Positions 49,201-58,733 of a stretch of 64,000 nt of DNA are shown here, in pieces; the stretch's first letter is position 1; the number at the start of each line of letters is the position of its first letter. The notes under the pieces are model-generated. The model had not been told where the DNA came from and made no database searches. It saw nothing but the letters and a program-made list of their open reading frames with translations. The DNA lies in contig JAQGDQ010000157.1 of assembly GCA_030141605.1 (NCBI GenBank), positions 385,266-449,265 of the forward strand, written 5' to 3'. The position numbers were made by a program, and so were the translations under genes. This stretch comes from Tubiluchus corallicola. Taxonomy: Eukaryota; Animalia; Priapulida.

Positions 49201-52200
49201 CTCGTGTGTTTTGTCCCACCAGCTCCATTTTTGAAAAATGCCAAGAATCAGTTTTGTTTCTCATAGGTGTATTTTGGAATATGTGGAAAGCATCACCATA
49301 TCTGCCACCTACCAATACAAAACTTGCAGTTGCCAAATGTATAACGACTGTTATCAACTCGTCGAATAATGCCTGGGAATTGCATCTTAAGCATAAGGAT
49401 GGTAGAGGAGTCTCTGTACTTTGTGAATATCCTTTCTTCTTTCAATGTAGAGAATATCTTGTGCAAATTTTGGTCATTGAAAGCTTGCCAAAACTTTTTG
49501 GAGTTGACATGTATACGGGTGAGTACAACATGAACAAAGAACAACAACTTAAGCTTTTTGATGACATATGCAACAGGCTGAAAGAATCTTTAAACTCAGT
49601 TGAACATCTAAAAGGTAATGAGAAGAAGGACCAAACCACCAACAAACAGTATGTTATTTTAAAAACACTTAGAAATATTGCTATATCAAGCCCAGCTTTG
49701 GAGAAACGAGTTGTCTTGATGCTGTGTATGATTTTTGCAGAATATGGTATTACGCTTGATATGACACGAAAAGTGTTGCAGGACATAGCAGTTGAGTTGC
49801 ATTATCCAGATGTGCAAGCATACATGCTAAGTCACCTGCCTTACTTACTTCATGATTTTTTGTCCAAAAATATTGCTATCAGTAGCTTCCCATGTAAACT
49901 ATTCCTGCATAATAGCACAAAATCATTTTTCAAGGAATATTATAAAAGCATTGTACCTTATCTTGTTATGCACGATTTTTTGAAAGAAGTAAAAGAACTG
50001 GCAGCAGATATTTCGATGGAGTACAAACTTGTTCTTCAAGAATGTTTTCCGACGGTTGTTGCACACATACTACCTTTTTTTGTTATGACGTCAGACCCTC
50101 ATACTAGCATGAAATACGAAGAACTTGATATCCAAGATGCAATTCTCTGTTATAATAAGTATGAGAAAGATCTTGGAGGTGATGCTGTTCAGGATAATTT
50201 ACTGACAACAAATGTAGCTGAAGTGGTTTTTCAGCTGTTGATGTTACTTGATTTTAGTAAAAGTGACAGAATACGTGCAGAATTTACCACGAAACTTGAT
50301 TTTCTTGCTCCAGAGTTAAATCCTCCTTGTTTTGAAGGTTCTGTTATAGCAGCAGCCTTGGACTACTTGACCACATGCGGAAAAAAGGACGGGAATTCAA
50401 CTCTGGTTATGCTTTTGGCCAAAAAAGTGGACGATATTCAGAAGATTATCTGCAAACTGGCATCGGCTATAGCAAGGTCTCATACAAAATTTGAGCGTTT
50501 TAGAATACTATTAATGTATAAACTGTTTGTTACAATGCTAATGCAAGAACTTCCATCTGGATTGGGAGGAAGTTGGAGTTTTGTGTTAAAGAGCACCATT
50601 TATACACTTTGCCATGTTATCAGCCAGTTAAATTTGTCGAAGTTGAGCATGTTGGACTGTAATATTGGGTTAGTTTCTTTTCAGCTTTTAGAAGTTATAT
50701 GCACTTCTGCATTGAAATTTTGCAAGCAAGAGGTGGAACGCCATCTGCCTTATATTACAAGCACCATTGTGCCGTTAATTATGCAGAATGAGAGTCACTT
50801 GGTAAGTGAGAAGGCTTTCGCATTGTTGGAGCTGCTTGTAGTAGATAATGGTGCCTTATTAAGCCATGCTATTAAAATACTCGACCCCTTTCCCTGTACT
50901 GAAGCTTTTGAAAGACTTCACGAAGCCCACAAAAAGTTTAAATATGAAAATCGGCTTCTCTCACTAGAAGAAGAAATTGAATTGTTTGTTAATTCAGAGT
51001 TAAACAGTAAACGGAATTCTCGCATGGAAAGCCTCAAATTTCTTTGTCATCAGTTGGGTACTAGGATGCCTGAGCTAATTTTTTTGGCCGAAACATATAC
51101 AAAACAGCAGCCTGATAATGTACTTCCAAAACTAATATGTGAGTTGATTAATATATGCAAGTGTAGCAGTGAACTTGGTATAAGGAGAGAGGCAGCAAAA
51201 TGTTTGGGACATATAGGAGTTCCAGATATGTTAGCCATGTTGTTACTTCCAAATGAAAACACAAAAACCATTTTGAAGGCTATTAAAATAGAAGGCATTG
51301 AAGCTGAATGGGATTTCTCCTTTAGTAGGAAGTATTTGTTACTTCATGTTTTGGCTAACTATCTGACAGATCCAGACATCACTGTGGTTACAGCTGCATG
51401 TTCAGTCGTAAAGCAAATTTTGGCTACGAAATTGGGACAGGACTTTATGTTGCAGTATGCACAAACTCAAGATAGTCATCTTTTACAGCTATTGACTCCT
51501 TTTAAGTCAACGAAAAAAGCTGATAAGAAAAAGCATGTACAGAATGAAGCTACCTTCTTATCGTTTGTTAATTCAGAAGCACTTTGGATGCCTGAATTTT
51601 CCACACATTCCAAATGGATAACTAATCTAGTGTGTGCATTAATCAATAGCTCAGCTGTCGCAGATGAGGTGCTACTTGCACTGGAACCTGTCTGTAAAAC
51701 TAAAGTTGAGTTTTGTGAAATGGTAGTACCATATCTCGTTCATGATATTCTCAGTTCCAATAGTGATACTTTTAGAGAAGTCATTTCACAGCAATTTCGA
51801 AACTTCTTTGCAGCCCATTGTGGATGCACAAGTCAAAGAAGTCGCTCTGTGACTCCATCAGTTTTAGGTGTAACTGAAGCGGCACCAGTCTACATGTGCA
51901 CAGAAAGTCTAAGAGTGATGCTTAATGTCGTGCAACATTTACGTTGCCAACAACAAAATTTTAACAGACAGGGTTTATCTACTCCTTGGGATAATAACTT
52001 CTGGATTGAGGTGGATTATCTGCATTTGGCAAAAGCTGCTCATTACTGTTCATCTGATTTTTCCTCTGTTTTATTCATGGAAATCTGGTATGGTGTTCAG
52101 AGGAATCCTTTGCAACACCAGAAATCGGGATCTGAAAGTGAAGATGGAGCTAAATTTGGTGATTCATTTTTCGTGTCACAACTGGATTCTATAGGTTCTT

Positions 52201-55200
52201 CAAACAATGATATTGACAGCCATGGCTTGTTACTAGAGGCGTACAAAACCATTGGTGATCCCGATTCTGTCTATGGTTGTGTTGTTGATCGGCTTACAGA
52301 TGCTACTACTCGAATAAATATGTATGAATTTGAAAGAAAATCAGAATGGGCTCTTGGGAGTTATTACAATTTACCAAGTAAAGCTGGCATCACTTGTCAG
52401 AACTCGATTGGCATTTATAAAGCAATGCAAAATATGGGTCTTTATCAGATTCTTAATGAGCATTTGGGTAAAATTAAGACAAGTTGCTCTGCTGAGGATG
52501 ATGAAATAAAGGAACTTCAATTTGAGTGTGCTTGGAGAAATTGCCAGTGGGATTTAGATAGCAGACATGCGTCACAAAATACTGGAATGCATGAAGCAAT
52601 ATATAGCTCTTTGCAAGCTATTAAGGATAATGACGCTTCTTTTGCTGATGAATTTATTTCTTCTGGTAGGGAGGCTGCAATGTCAACTTTATGTCACATT
52701 AGTTTAGAGTCTGTAAGAAATGTTTGTCCAGTACTGTGCAATTTGCAATGCTTGTTGGAAATTGAAGAAATTGTTAGTGTTATTTCAGGTGATTTCCCCA
52801 TACAGAAGGTAATTGACCAATGGTTGAAGAGGAATAGTATGAATTGCAAAGACTATGATTTTGTGGAGCCTATAATTTCACTTCGCTGTCTGCTGTTGTC
52901 ACAGGTGATAAATACTTCTGTGATAAGTGACAGAGAAGTAAAGAGCTCTGTGCAACGAGCTTTGATAGATAATTTGATATTTAAAACTAGAATAGCTAGG
53001 GAAGCTGGATTGACTCAAGTAGCAGAGAATACAATGCATTTGTTGAAAGAATTGCATAATGCATATTCCTTAACGTCAATGTCATGGCGATTGGAAGAAG
53101 CTTTGATTTACTGGGCAAGGTCAGATCATGACACTGCTCTTTGTTTCCTCAAATCACTAGTGGAAGATCTGCTGGAGCAGTATGAGGGTAATATGTTGGG
53201 TGAGGGTAGCGCTTCGCTTTACCCACAGTCATTATGTGTGTATGCGGAGTGGCTTTCCACTACTCGGTATAAGCATCCTAGAGTTATAATGGAAAACTAT
53301 TTGGAAAAAGCAGTGGTAGTGGTAGAAAACTTGGCACTTGAAGGCACAATTGTGGTAGATGCATATTTAGCACTTGCACGCTATGCTGACCAACAGTATT
53401 CCGAGAGAGTCAAGTACATCAAATCTAGCACTTTTGAATCTAAGAGAGCACTGATTGAAAAAAGCAAAAATGATGCCAAGTTGATCATCCAGTACAAACA
53501 ACAAGGTGATGGCAATCAGAATATCACTGTGCCCCAGAGGGCACTAAGAACAATTGAAAAGCAGAGCGAGATTGACAAAATTGAAATAGATGAACTGCTT
53601 AATTCTAAAAATGAGCTTTTAGTAAAAGCCGTGCATAATTATCTCAAAGTTTTACGTGCAGGTGACGAGCATGATCTACGCATTTTCCGTTTAATTTCTC
53701 TTTGGTTTGACAATATCAAGAACCCTGTTGTAAATAATGTAATGAATGATGATTTGCAAGAAATAAAGAGCAGCAAATTTTTGGTGTTGATGTATCAACT
53801 AGCAGCTAGAATGACAGTGAAAAAATCTGATGGGGATATATTTCAATCAACATTGGAGGGTCTAATTCGAAGAACTGTTATTGACCATCCTCATCACACA
53901 TTGTCTATTATTTTGGCATTAGCAAATTCAAATAAAGATAATTTATTAGCTCAAGAAAGTGCCTCATCAAGCAGGGGAAGACGAAAGTCCAAAGAAGTGA
54001 CAAATGTCAGAATAAATGAAGAAGAACGAGTTTTGGCTGCAAAAAATTTGCTATTTTCATTAAAATCTCATTGTGGTCAGTTGATTACTGATATGGAATT
54101 GCTGTCGAACACCTTCATCGCATTTGCTTACTTGGATGTAAGAAAGTACAAAAATGAACAGAACAAGGCTCTTGGTATCCCCAAAGAATACTCACTTTTG
54201 GCAACACAAAGGTTCAGAAATGTTTCTGTTCCAATTGTGGAAATACCTGTTGATGATTCATGTCAGTATAAGAATGTTGTTACCATTCATGGTTTTAAAC
54301 ATACATTTTCGCTTGCCGGAGGAATAAATTTGCCAAAAATTCTTACCTGTATAGGCACTGATGGTAAACACAGAAGACTTCTCGTTAAAGGCAATGATGA
54401 CCTGCGACAGGATGCTGTAATGGAACAGGTTTTTGGCATTGTTAACATGCTTTTGCGTTGTCGAGACGAAACCAGAAATAGGCAGTTATCAATTCGTCAA
54501 TATAAAGTTGTTCCTTTATCTCAGAGAAGTGGTTTGTTGGAATGGTGTGAAGGAACTACACCATTTGGAATGTATTTAATAGGTTCTGATAATGAAAGTG
54601 GGGCTCATAAACGATATCACCCTAGTGGATGGACAGGAAAGGAATGTCGCAAAGCTATGTATGAGCTGCCTGGAACCAAGTACGAGAGGTTTCTGACTAT
54701 ATGCAAGAATTTTCCACCCGTGTTCAGACATTTCTTTTTTGAAAAGTTCCTTGACCCTGCCATATGGTTTGAAAGACGAATAACATATACCCGAAGCGTG
54801 GCCACAAATTCTATAATAGGTTATGTGCTCGGACTTGGTGACCGACATGTGCAGAACATATTGATTGACTGCAATACAGCAGAAATGATTCACATTGACT
54901 TAGGGGTAGCATTTGAGCAAGGAAAAATACTGCCCACTCCTGAAACTGTCCCGTTCCGGTTAACTAGAGATGTAATTGATGGCATGGGAATAACTGGTAC
55001 TGAAGGAGTTTTTAGAAGATGTTGTGAGAAAACAATGCAAGTTTTGCACAATTCACAAGAAGCAATTATGACTATTGTTGAAGTTCTACTGTACGATCCA
55101 TTGTATGTATGGAATCTTAGCCCTTTAAAGGCATTTGCTATTCAGCATGATCGAGATGAAAGTGCTATAGACGTTTTCGATAATGGAGGTCATGGTGATG

Positions 55201-55391
55201 TGGATAATTCTAGTGATGGCAAGAAAATGGCTGCAGCTGAACGTGTCCTCTTGCGGCTACAACAGAAACTGCAAGGTGTTGAAGACAGCGTGCCGCTAAG
55301 TGTTTCCGGACAAGTTAGCCATCTTATTCAGGAAGCGAGGGACCCAAAGAATCTTTCTGTCTTGTTTCCCGGTTGGGCACCATATATTTAA
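46260..55391 (+). CDS. ATM: Serine/threonine kinase ATM (PIKK family), 3043 aa, single uninterrupted ORF
   Basis: N-terminal TAN motif (LNADKVSERKRQMERL), basic NLS-like SKKRRR and a FAT region. Kinase motifs LAGGINLPK, DDLRQD, GLGDRHVQN, HIDLG and PETVPFRLTRD; FATC end LFPGWAPYI*. Full-length size. Confidence 0.97.
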   Translation: MSSLQDLIVCCQQLNADKVSERKRQMERLRHLLSHLQLVRVLDKNSDSSSHASKSTCTWDNILTSVQTMIEREANLMENAKLRGSKTNSASAAAKKRKECMSLLKFVILTANKRGTRLSCPEIMTHIMAALTNEYTNKIFGSDYSKILAKEVLPNRNYITEISVKTWDKLLEIYIEKIVDTENDAPVGTDRVLFSSILCMVVQRAVVQISIKPKMITGITAALKNLRLEKNHVVVENLLAAVNCLCKALAFECRNMICKLGETVFTSVLYFFTIQVSESLRHEVVEFMQLQMSVHHPLGVKQVDDGALAIDIEVWNCHLRHLYEALYNEIFTKSSRGSASGSLSPGVVDLASSVFHQVLTETCSAIDVTQLSGCQTSMSTGSSKKRRRIETGWDMLRNQINSLKKSKQVIPWLQLLHGILVTYSSDLPSSELLPFLTTVHDTLSENKIPELSDWLFLCLSALGKCEAHFPAGMLDKDVCKSRWAAIWATTVRYVAAFHNREGMNLLSRIIQLQLFHPDKKLFHMFLSMVCPVTWEALNVLSVYLDCFSLPEKFEPDSLSVGEGQPYDGRYILRFKLLKWLLRYEVITYLHDSDTKSLLASVLFRLCLKYPSESITTIVKKNGRGKWSKQVEENYLRIAFHNNKTVINQTFSNTGVPNSLLLDLQRELHSTLVESGKILMQKCLYDDPLKSLCKLVCFCGLVTRILQMQVCHGVFCADNLPNFVLEKLVLKMLESIVHFLKVCEPLETDKTLVADAVSVIPEFWFDVQEQRMNAQLSRSCMSADLLEWLLQQATRFVEETQRCDVLEETEMDDFDKILDFPSNITKVPNDSLFDINHDDNDTLASQCSEMSLSSQQSAFNMDCDPLSDETVTKMQKLQLACMSVLCKYCINEDSIDVVQLSGSSSGVVKTKLLAMLDKYDKGRAAHLHMLITIVSGLTTENHKLNDRELGILLEKLQTALKEYYRNQTVVSRLLDILNDCIPRVFCPTSSIFEKCQESVLFLIGVFWNMWKASPYLPPTNTKLAVAKCITTVINSSNNAWELHLKHKDGRGVSVLCEYPFFFQCREYLVQILVIESLPKLFGVDMYTGEYNMNKEQQLKLFDDICNRLKESLNSVEHLKGNEKKDQTTNKQYVILKTLRNIAISSPALEKRVVLMLCMIFAEYGITLDMTRKVLQDIAVELHYPDVQAYMLSHLPYLLHDFLSKNIAISSFPCKLFLHNSTKSFFKEYYKSIVPYLVMHDFLKEVKELAADISMEYKLVLQECFPTVVAHILPFFVMTSDPHTSMKYEELDIQDAILCYNKYEKDLGGDAVQDNLLTTNVAEVVFQLLMLLDFSKSDRIRAEFTTKLDFLAPELNPPCFEGSVIAAALDYLTTCGKKDGNSTLVMLLAKKVDDIQKIICKLASAIARSHTKFERFRILLMYKLFVTMLMQELPSGLGGSWSFVLKSTIYTLCHVISQLNLSKLSMLDCNIGLVSFQLLEVICTSALKFCKQEVERHLPYITSTIVPLIMQNESHLVSEKAFALLELLVVDNGALLSHAIKILDPFPCTEAFERLHEAHKKFKYENRLLSLEEEIELFVNSELNSKRNSRMESLKFLCHQLGTRMPELIFLAETYTKQQPDNVLPKLICELINICKCSSELGIRREAAKCLGHIGVPDMLAMLLLPNENTKTILKAIKIEGIEAEWDFSFSRKYLLLHVLANYLTDPDITVVTAACSVVKQILATKLGQDFMLQYAQTQDSHLLQLLTPFKSTKKADKKKHVQNEATFLSFVNSEALWMPEFSTHSKWITNLVCALINSSAVADEVLLALEPVCKTKVEFCEMVVPYLVHDILSSNSDTFREVISQQFRNFFAAHCGCTSQRSRSVTPSVLGVTEAAPVYMCTESLRVMLNVVQHLRCQQQNFNRQGLSTPWDNNFWIEVDYLHLAKAAHYCSSDFSSVLFMEIWYGVQRNPLQHQKSGSESEDGAKFGDSFFVSQLDSIGSSNNDIDSHGLLLEAYKTIGDPDSVYGCVVDRLTDATTRINMYEFERKSEWALGSYYNLPSKAGITCQNSIGIYKAMQNMGLYQILNEHLGKIKTSCSAEDDEIKELQFECAWRNCQWDLDSRHASQNTGMHEAIYSSLQAIKDNDASFADEFISSGREAAMSTLCHISLESVRNVCPVLCNLQCLLEIEEIVSVISGDFPIQKVIDQWLKRNSMNCKDYDFVEPIISLRCLLLSQVINTSVISDREVKSSVQRALIDNLIFKTRIAREAGLTQVAENTMHLLKELHNAYSLTSMSWRLEEALIYWARSDHDTALCFLKSLVEDLLEQYEGNMLGEGSASLYPQSLCVYAEWLSTTRYKHPRVIMENYLEKAVVVVENLALEGTIVVDAYLALARYADQQYSERVKYIKSSTFESKRALIEKSKNDAKLIIQYKQQGDGNQNITVPQRALRTIEKQSEIDKIEIDELLNSKNELLVKAVHNYLKVLRAGDEHDLRIFRLISLWFDNIKNPVVNNVMNDDLQEIKSSKFLVLMYQLAARMTVKKSDGDIFQSTLEGLIRRTVIDHPHHTLSIILALANSNKDNLLAQESASSSRGRRKSKEVTNVRINEEERVLAAKNLLFSLKSHCGQLITDMELLSNTFIAFAYLDVRKYKNEQNKALGIPKEYSLLATQRFRNVSVPIVEIPVDDSCQYKNVVTIHGFKHTFSLAGGINLPKILTCIGTDGKHRRLLVKGNDDLRQDAVMEQVFGIVNMLLRCRDETRNRQLSIRQYKVVPLSQRSGLLEWCEGTTPFGMYLIGSDNESGAHKRYHPSGWTGKECRKAMYELPGTKYERFLTICKNFPPVFRHFFFEKFLDPAIWFERRITYTRSVATNSIIGYVLGLGDRHVQNILIDCNTAEMIHIDLGVAFEQGKILPTPETVPFRLTRDVIDGMGITGTEGVFRRCCEKTMQVLHNSQEAIMTIVEVLLYDPLYVWNLSPLKAFAIQHDRDESAIDVFDNGGHGDVDNSSDGKKMAAAERVLLRLQQKLQGVEDSVPLSVSGQVSHLIQEARDPKNLSVLFPGWAPYI

Positions 55392-55897
55392 GGATGCTTT
55401 TATAGGCTGAAGGAGTTTTAGTACAACCGGTATTGTTTTTGCTCAATTTGTGCCGCTGCGGTCGAAGGAAATTGTATGAGATTTACATATTCGTTGGACT
55501 GACGCTTGACGGGAACCTAATAAAATCTTGAGTCGTTAAAAGTTATCAGGAAGTCGGAATTGATTCTGAATGATGACTGTTAAATACATTTATTCACTGG
55601 GCTGTGGTTAGTTTAATACTGTAAAATTATGAACAGCCAACAGAGTTACTGAAGTTAATATAATTATGCAAAATAAACGCAATGGTTTATATTTTCTCCG
55701 ATTCACAGCAAACTGCTCAATTTGATTGTACAGATATGTGTAAAATTAATGGATGGCTCAGTTAAGATAACACTGTACACTGTATAGCCTGCCTGTTATT
55801 ATTATTCTTAAAATTAATACTTTTTATAGCCTTGTCTTTGTAAATTTTATTCTAGGATTTTAATTACAATACATGTATTGCATATATCCACTTTACA

Positions 55898-55930
55898 ATA
55901 AAGACATTATGTGTAGTGTTGTGTACTTTC
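55898..55930 (+). terminator. Likely ATM polyadenylation signal
   Basis: AATAAA followed by GT-rich tgtgtagtgttgtgt; other AATAAA hexamers occur near 55519 and 55672. Confidence 0.45.
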
Positions 55931-56918
55931 CAAATTTGTTATGCATTTAGAAAAATCAAAGCATTGTTATTCCTTAAATTACTATCTGTGAAGTATGCAC
56001 CATTGCAGTGGTGTTTTTATGTGATCTTTCCTAACTCTGCTCAAGTTGCTAACTTAACTAGAAATACTAGCATTGTCAACCAAAAATGTAGTAGAGCTTG
56101 ATTGAACTGCCGAATGCCTTTATGCATCATGTATGGAGTTATTATACATAATATTATAAAGCTTTTTTTAAGCTGGATATGGTTTCATGTGTTATACATA
56201 TATATATATATATATGTATTACAATAATAATAATGTTTTCGTGCATTTTTATGCTTTTACTTACAGTGTTAATAATCTGAGCGTATAACGATACTTTGTT
56301 TTTTTTTTCAAGAAGCTTGTAATTCATTAATAAGAAAATTTAATGCAAACTTAACTTGAAATTTAGCATTATTCCAAATACTGGACTGTTACAGTAGCAA
56401 TTTAAACATTATACTTTTGTGTGAAGTTACTTTTTCATTGTAGCAACTAATACAGAGATGCATAAGCTGCGCTAACGAACGCGCAGAAAGATGGAGTAGC
56501 GGTTATAGTAAGCAAGTGAGTGTTGATTTTTAACTTCTAAAATGCAAGACATTCCTTCATTTATAAAGTAAGGGCAGGTCAGTGTTCTATATACTGTGTA
56601 AATGATTGCATTCTTGACTGGCATGCTTTGCTTAGCTGGCTGCGTGCCAAGGTGTATGTATAAAATTCCTTTTTACGACTGTGAATGTGAGGTTGTTGCC
56701 TATATGTGGAATTGTTACATACTTACAGAGTATAACATGTTTTTTCGGAGTTCTAATGTGCTTACGCCAATAGTAATTAAATAATTGGTACATAAGAAAT
56801 AAGCTGTTATTAGCCCATATTTTCTCTGTAAAATTTTTAAAAATTAATAATAATTATTATGGCGTAATGTAAACACAATAACAAGTATAAAAGTAAGGCC
56901 ATGAAAATAAACCAACGA

Positions 56919-57176
56919 ACCAGTTTAGTCTAGTGGTAATGCATCCTCTTTTTGTCTGGGAAGTCGCGAGTTCAATACAGCAGCCGGGTAATACCAAAGA
57001 CTTTAAAATGATGCCTTATATTGCCCTGCCTGGCGCATTTAGAGTAAAAGCGGGGTATTAATCTCTCTTATGTATCGTGTAGATTTTTGTTTACGGTCGG
57101 CCCAAAAGCTCTTTGCCGCTTATGTGAATTTGTCATCCTAAAAGCTCACTAAATAAAGAATATTACTATGATTATA
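56919..57176 (+). mobile_element. tRNA-derived SINE, copy 2
   Basis: gtttagtctagtggt...gagttcaatac...ataccaaagactttaaaatg...aaataaagaatattac. Confidence 0.8.
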
Positions 57177-57978
57177 TTGTTGTAAACAGATGTGAATGAA
57201 TCTATTTGCGTCGTGATGCTCTGTAATAAAAAATCAGCTGAATGGCAGAGTCTACTCTATTGTCACACGCCTGGCAAATGCAGTTGTATGGTATGTAACC
57301 AAGCTGTCTGACCTAATTCTCTTTCTTGTGGCAGTCGTTTGAAATGAAGAAATTATTTCTTTTTCCACTGCATTTGAAGATCATTTCTATTGCCCTATTT
57401 ACGTTAGCCAGAATTTCGGTAAAGTGGAAAATTTTTATAAGTAGAAAATTTTCCCCCTTTTGAAGATTTAATTGTAGTAGTAATTTTACACTCCATGTTT
57501 TATTTTGCGTTCAAGCGCGTTGGACTATCTTATTAAAACACGTAATATTTAGTCTCTTCAGGTTCAGACTTATCAATCACGATCTCGGATAGTAAAGTTC
57601 ACTTGTTCAATATTGATGAAAATACCTTTTTTCGCAGTTCTTTTAAGTACCTTACCTTAAACGTATAAAACGACAGTTTGTACTAAACTTTGTATGTTTC
57701 CAAGCATAGCCAGGTTCGGGGGTAAAGGAAGAATGGCCGAACCCTGAATCCTGGTCAGCTTCCTGATGACTCCCACATGTGGACCTCTGTGCTGCATGTG
57801 GTGTGAGTTCTTTTGATCAATTGACTGTTTGCTTGCAAATCAGTTGACTGGTTGCTTGCAAATTTTAAATGATTGCCTTTTACTATTGTTTGCAGGATGG
57901 TACAGAGAGTGTAGCAACCAATATGGCTGACACTCAGTTGTCACTAGCTGATAATTTGGCGTAAAATGGTCAAACCAG

Positions 57979-58184
57979 ATGTTTAGTCAAATGAAAACAA
58001 AGAGCTTTTTTGTGTTAGTAACATGCATTTTTGCTACAAGTGTTGTACTAGTGTTGCTAAGCAACCAGACTCCGGATTTTCAAAGTTTGGTAGTGGAGAC
58101 GAACAAACAGATTGGCGGAAAGCTGAAGGATCTGCAAAATATAGCAGCTCCGCAGAACTTGGAGTTGCAAGCAGCGGATGAAAA
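57979..58184 (+). CDS. DUF1647-like type II membrane protein, coding exon 1 (start 57979 or 57991); model join(57979..58184,58526..58733,61891..61995,63471..>64000)
   Basis: MKTKSFFVLVTCIFATSVVLVLL signal anchor; donor AA|GTAAGA in phase 2. Confidence 0.8.
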
Positions 58185-58525
58185 GTAAGATGAAATGTAA
58201 TAGATAATGTTCAAATTTTGGCATGCGAGTGACGTGTAGTGTTTCAGTTATATTCCTCATTTGGTAAGTGGTTATTGAGGACATGTTTTTGAAATTGTTT
58301 GCAAATTTCTAATTCAGTTTAGTGGATATACTCAATCTGTTCCTTTACTACTCAGTCTGCAGAAAAAATTCTGTGCCAGTAGAGCTGGCTTCTTTTTAAT
58401 ACTTGAGCATGTGCATTCGTAAAACATTTGCAATTCTGTAAACGGTCTTAAAAAGTATTAAAATATAGCTTTGCTTTTTAGGTTAATTTTTATAAATGTT
58501 TATTCATTTGTTTCTTCTCTTTTAG

Positions 58526-58733
58526 GTACATGACGCTTCTTGGATTTACATCTCATCCAAAGTTATTTCCAAGGCCATTGCCAAAGAATATCACATCGCC
58601 AGTAATTGTTGCCATCATTACTCCAGCCAGGTACAAAGAAGCAACAGGATTTGCTAGATCGGTGAAGAAGTATTTTACTCACAACACGTTCGTTTTGTAC
58701 AGTCTCTTGCCAAGTTTCGATGACAATGAAAAG
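58526..58733 (+). CDS. DUF1647-like protein exon 2
   Basis: Strong acceptor tttcttctcttttag|G; KYMTLLGFTSHPKLFP...FVLYSL; donor AAG|GTAGCA. Confidence 0.85.

Noticed and set aside
46292-54893. Short antisense and alternative-frame ORFs inside ATM
   Set aside because: Expected shadow ORFs of a long CDS; no recognisable domains.
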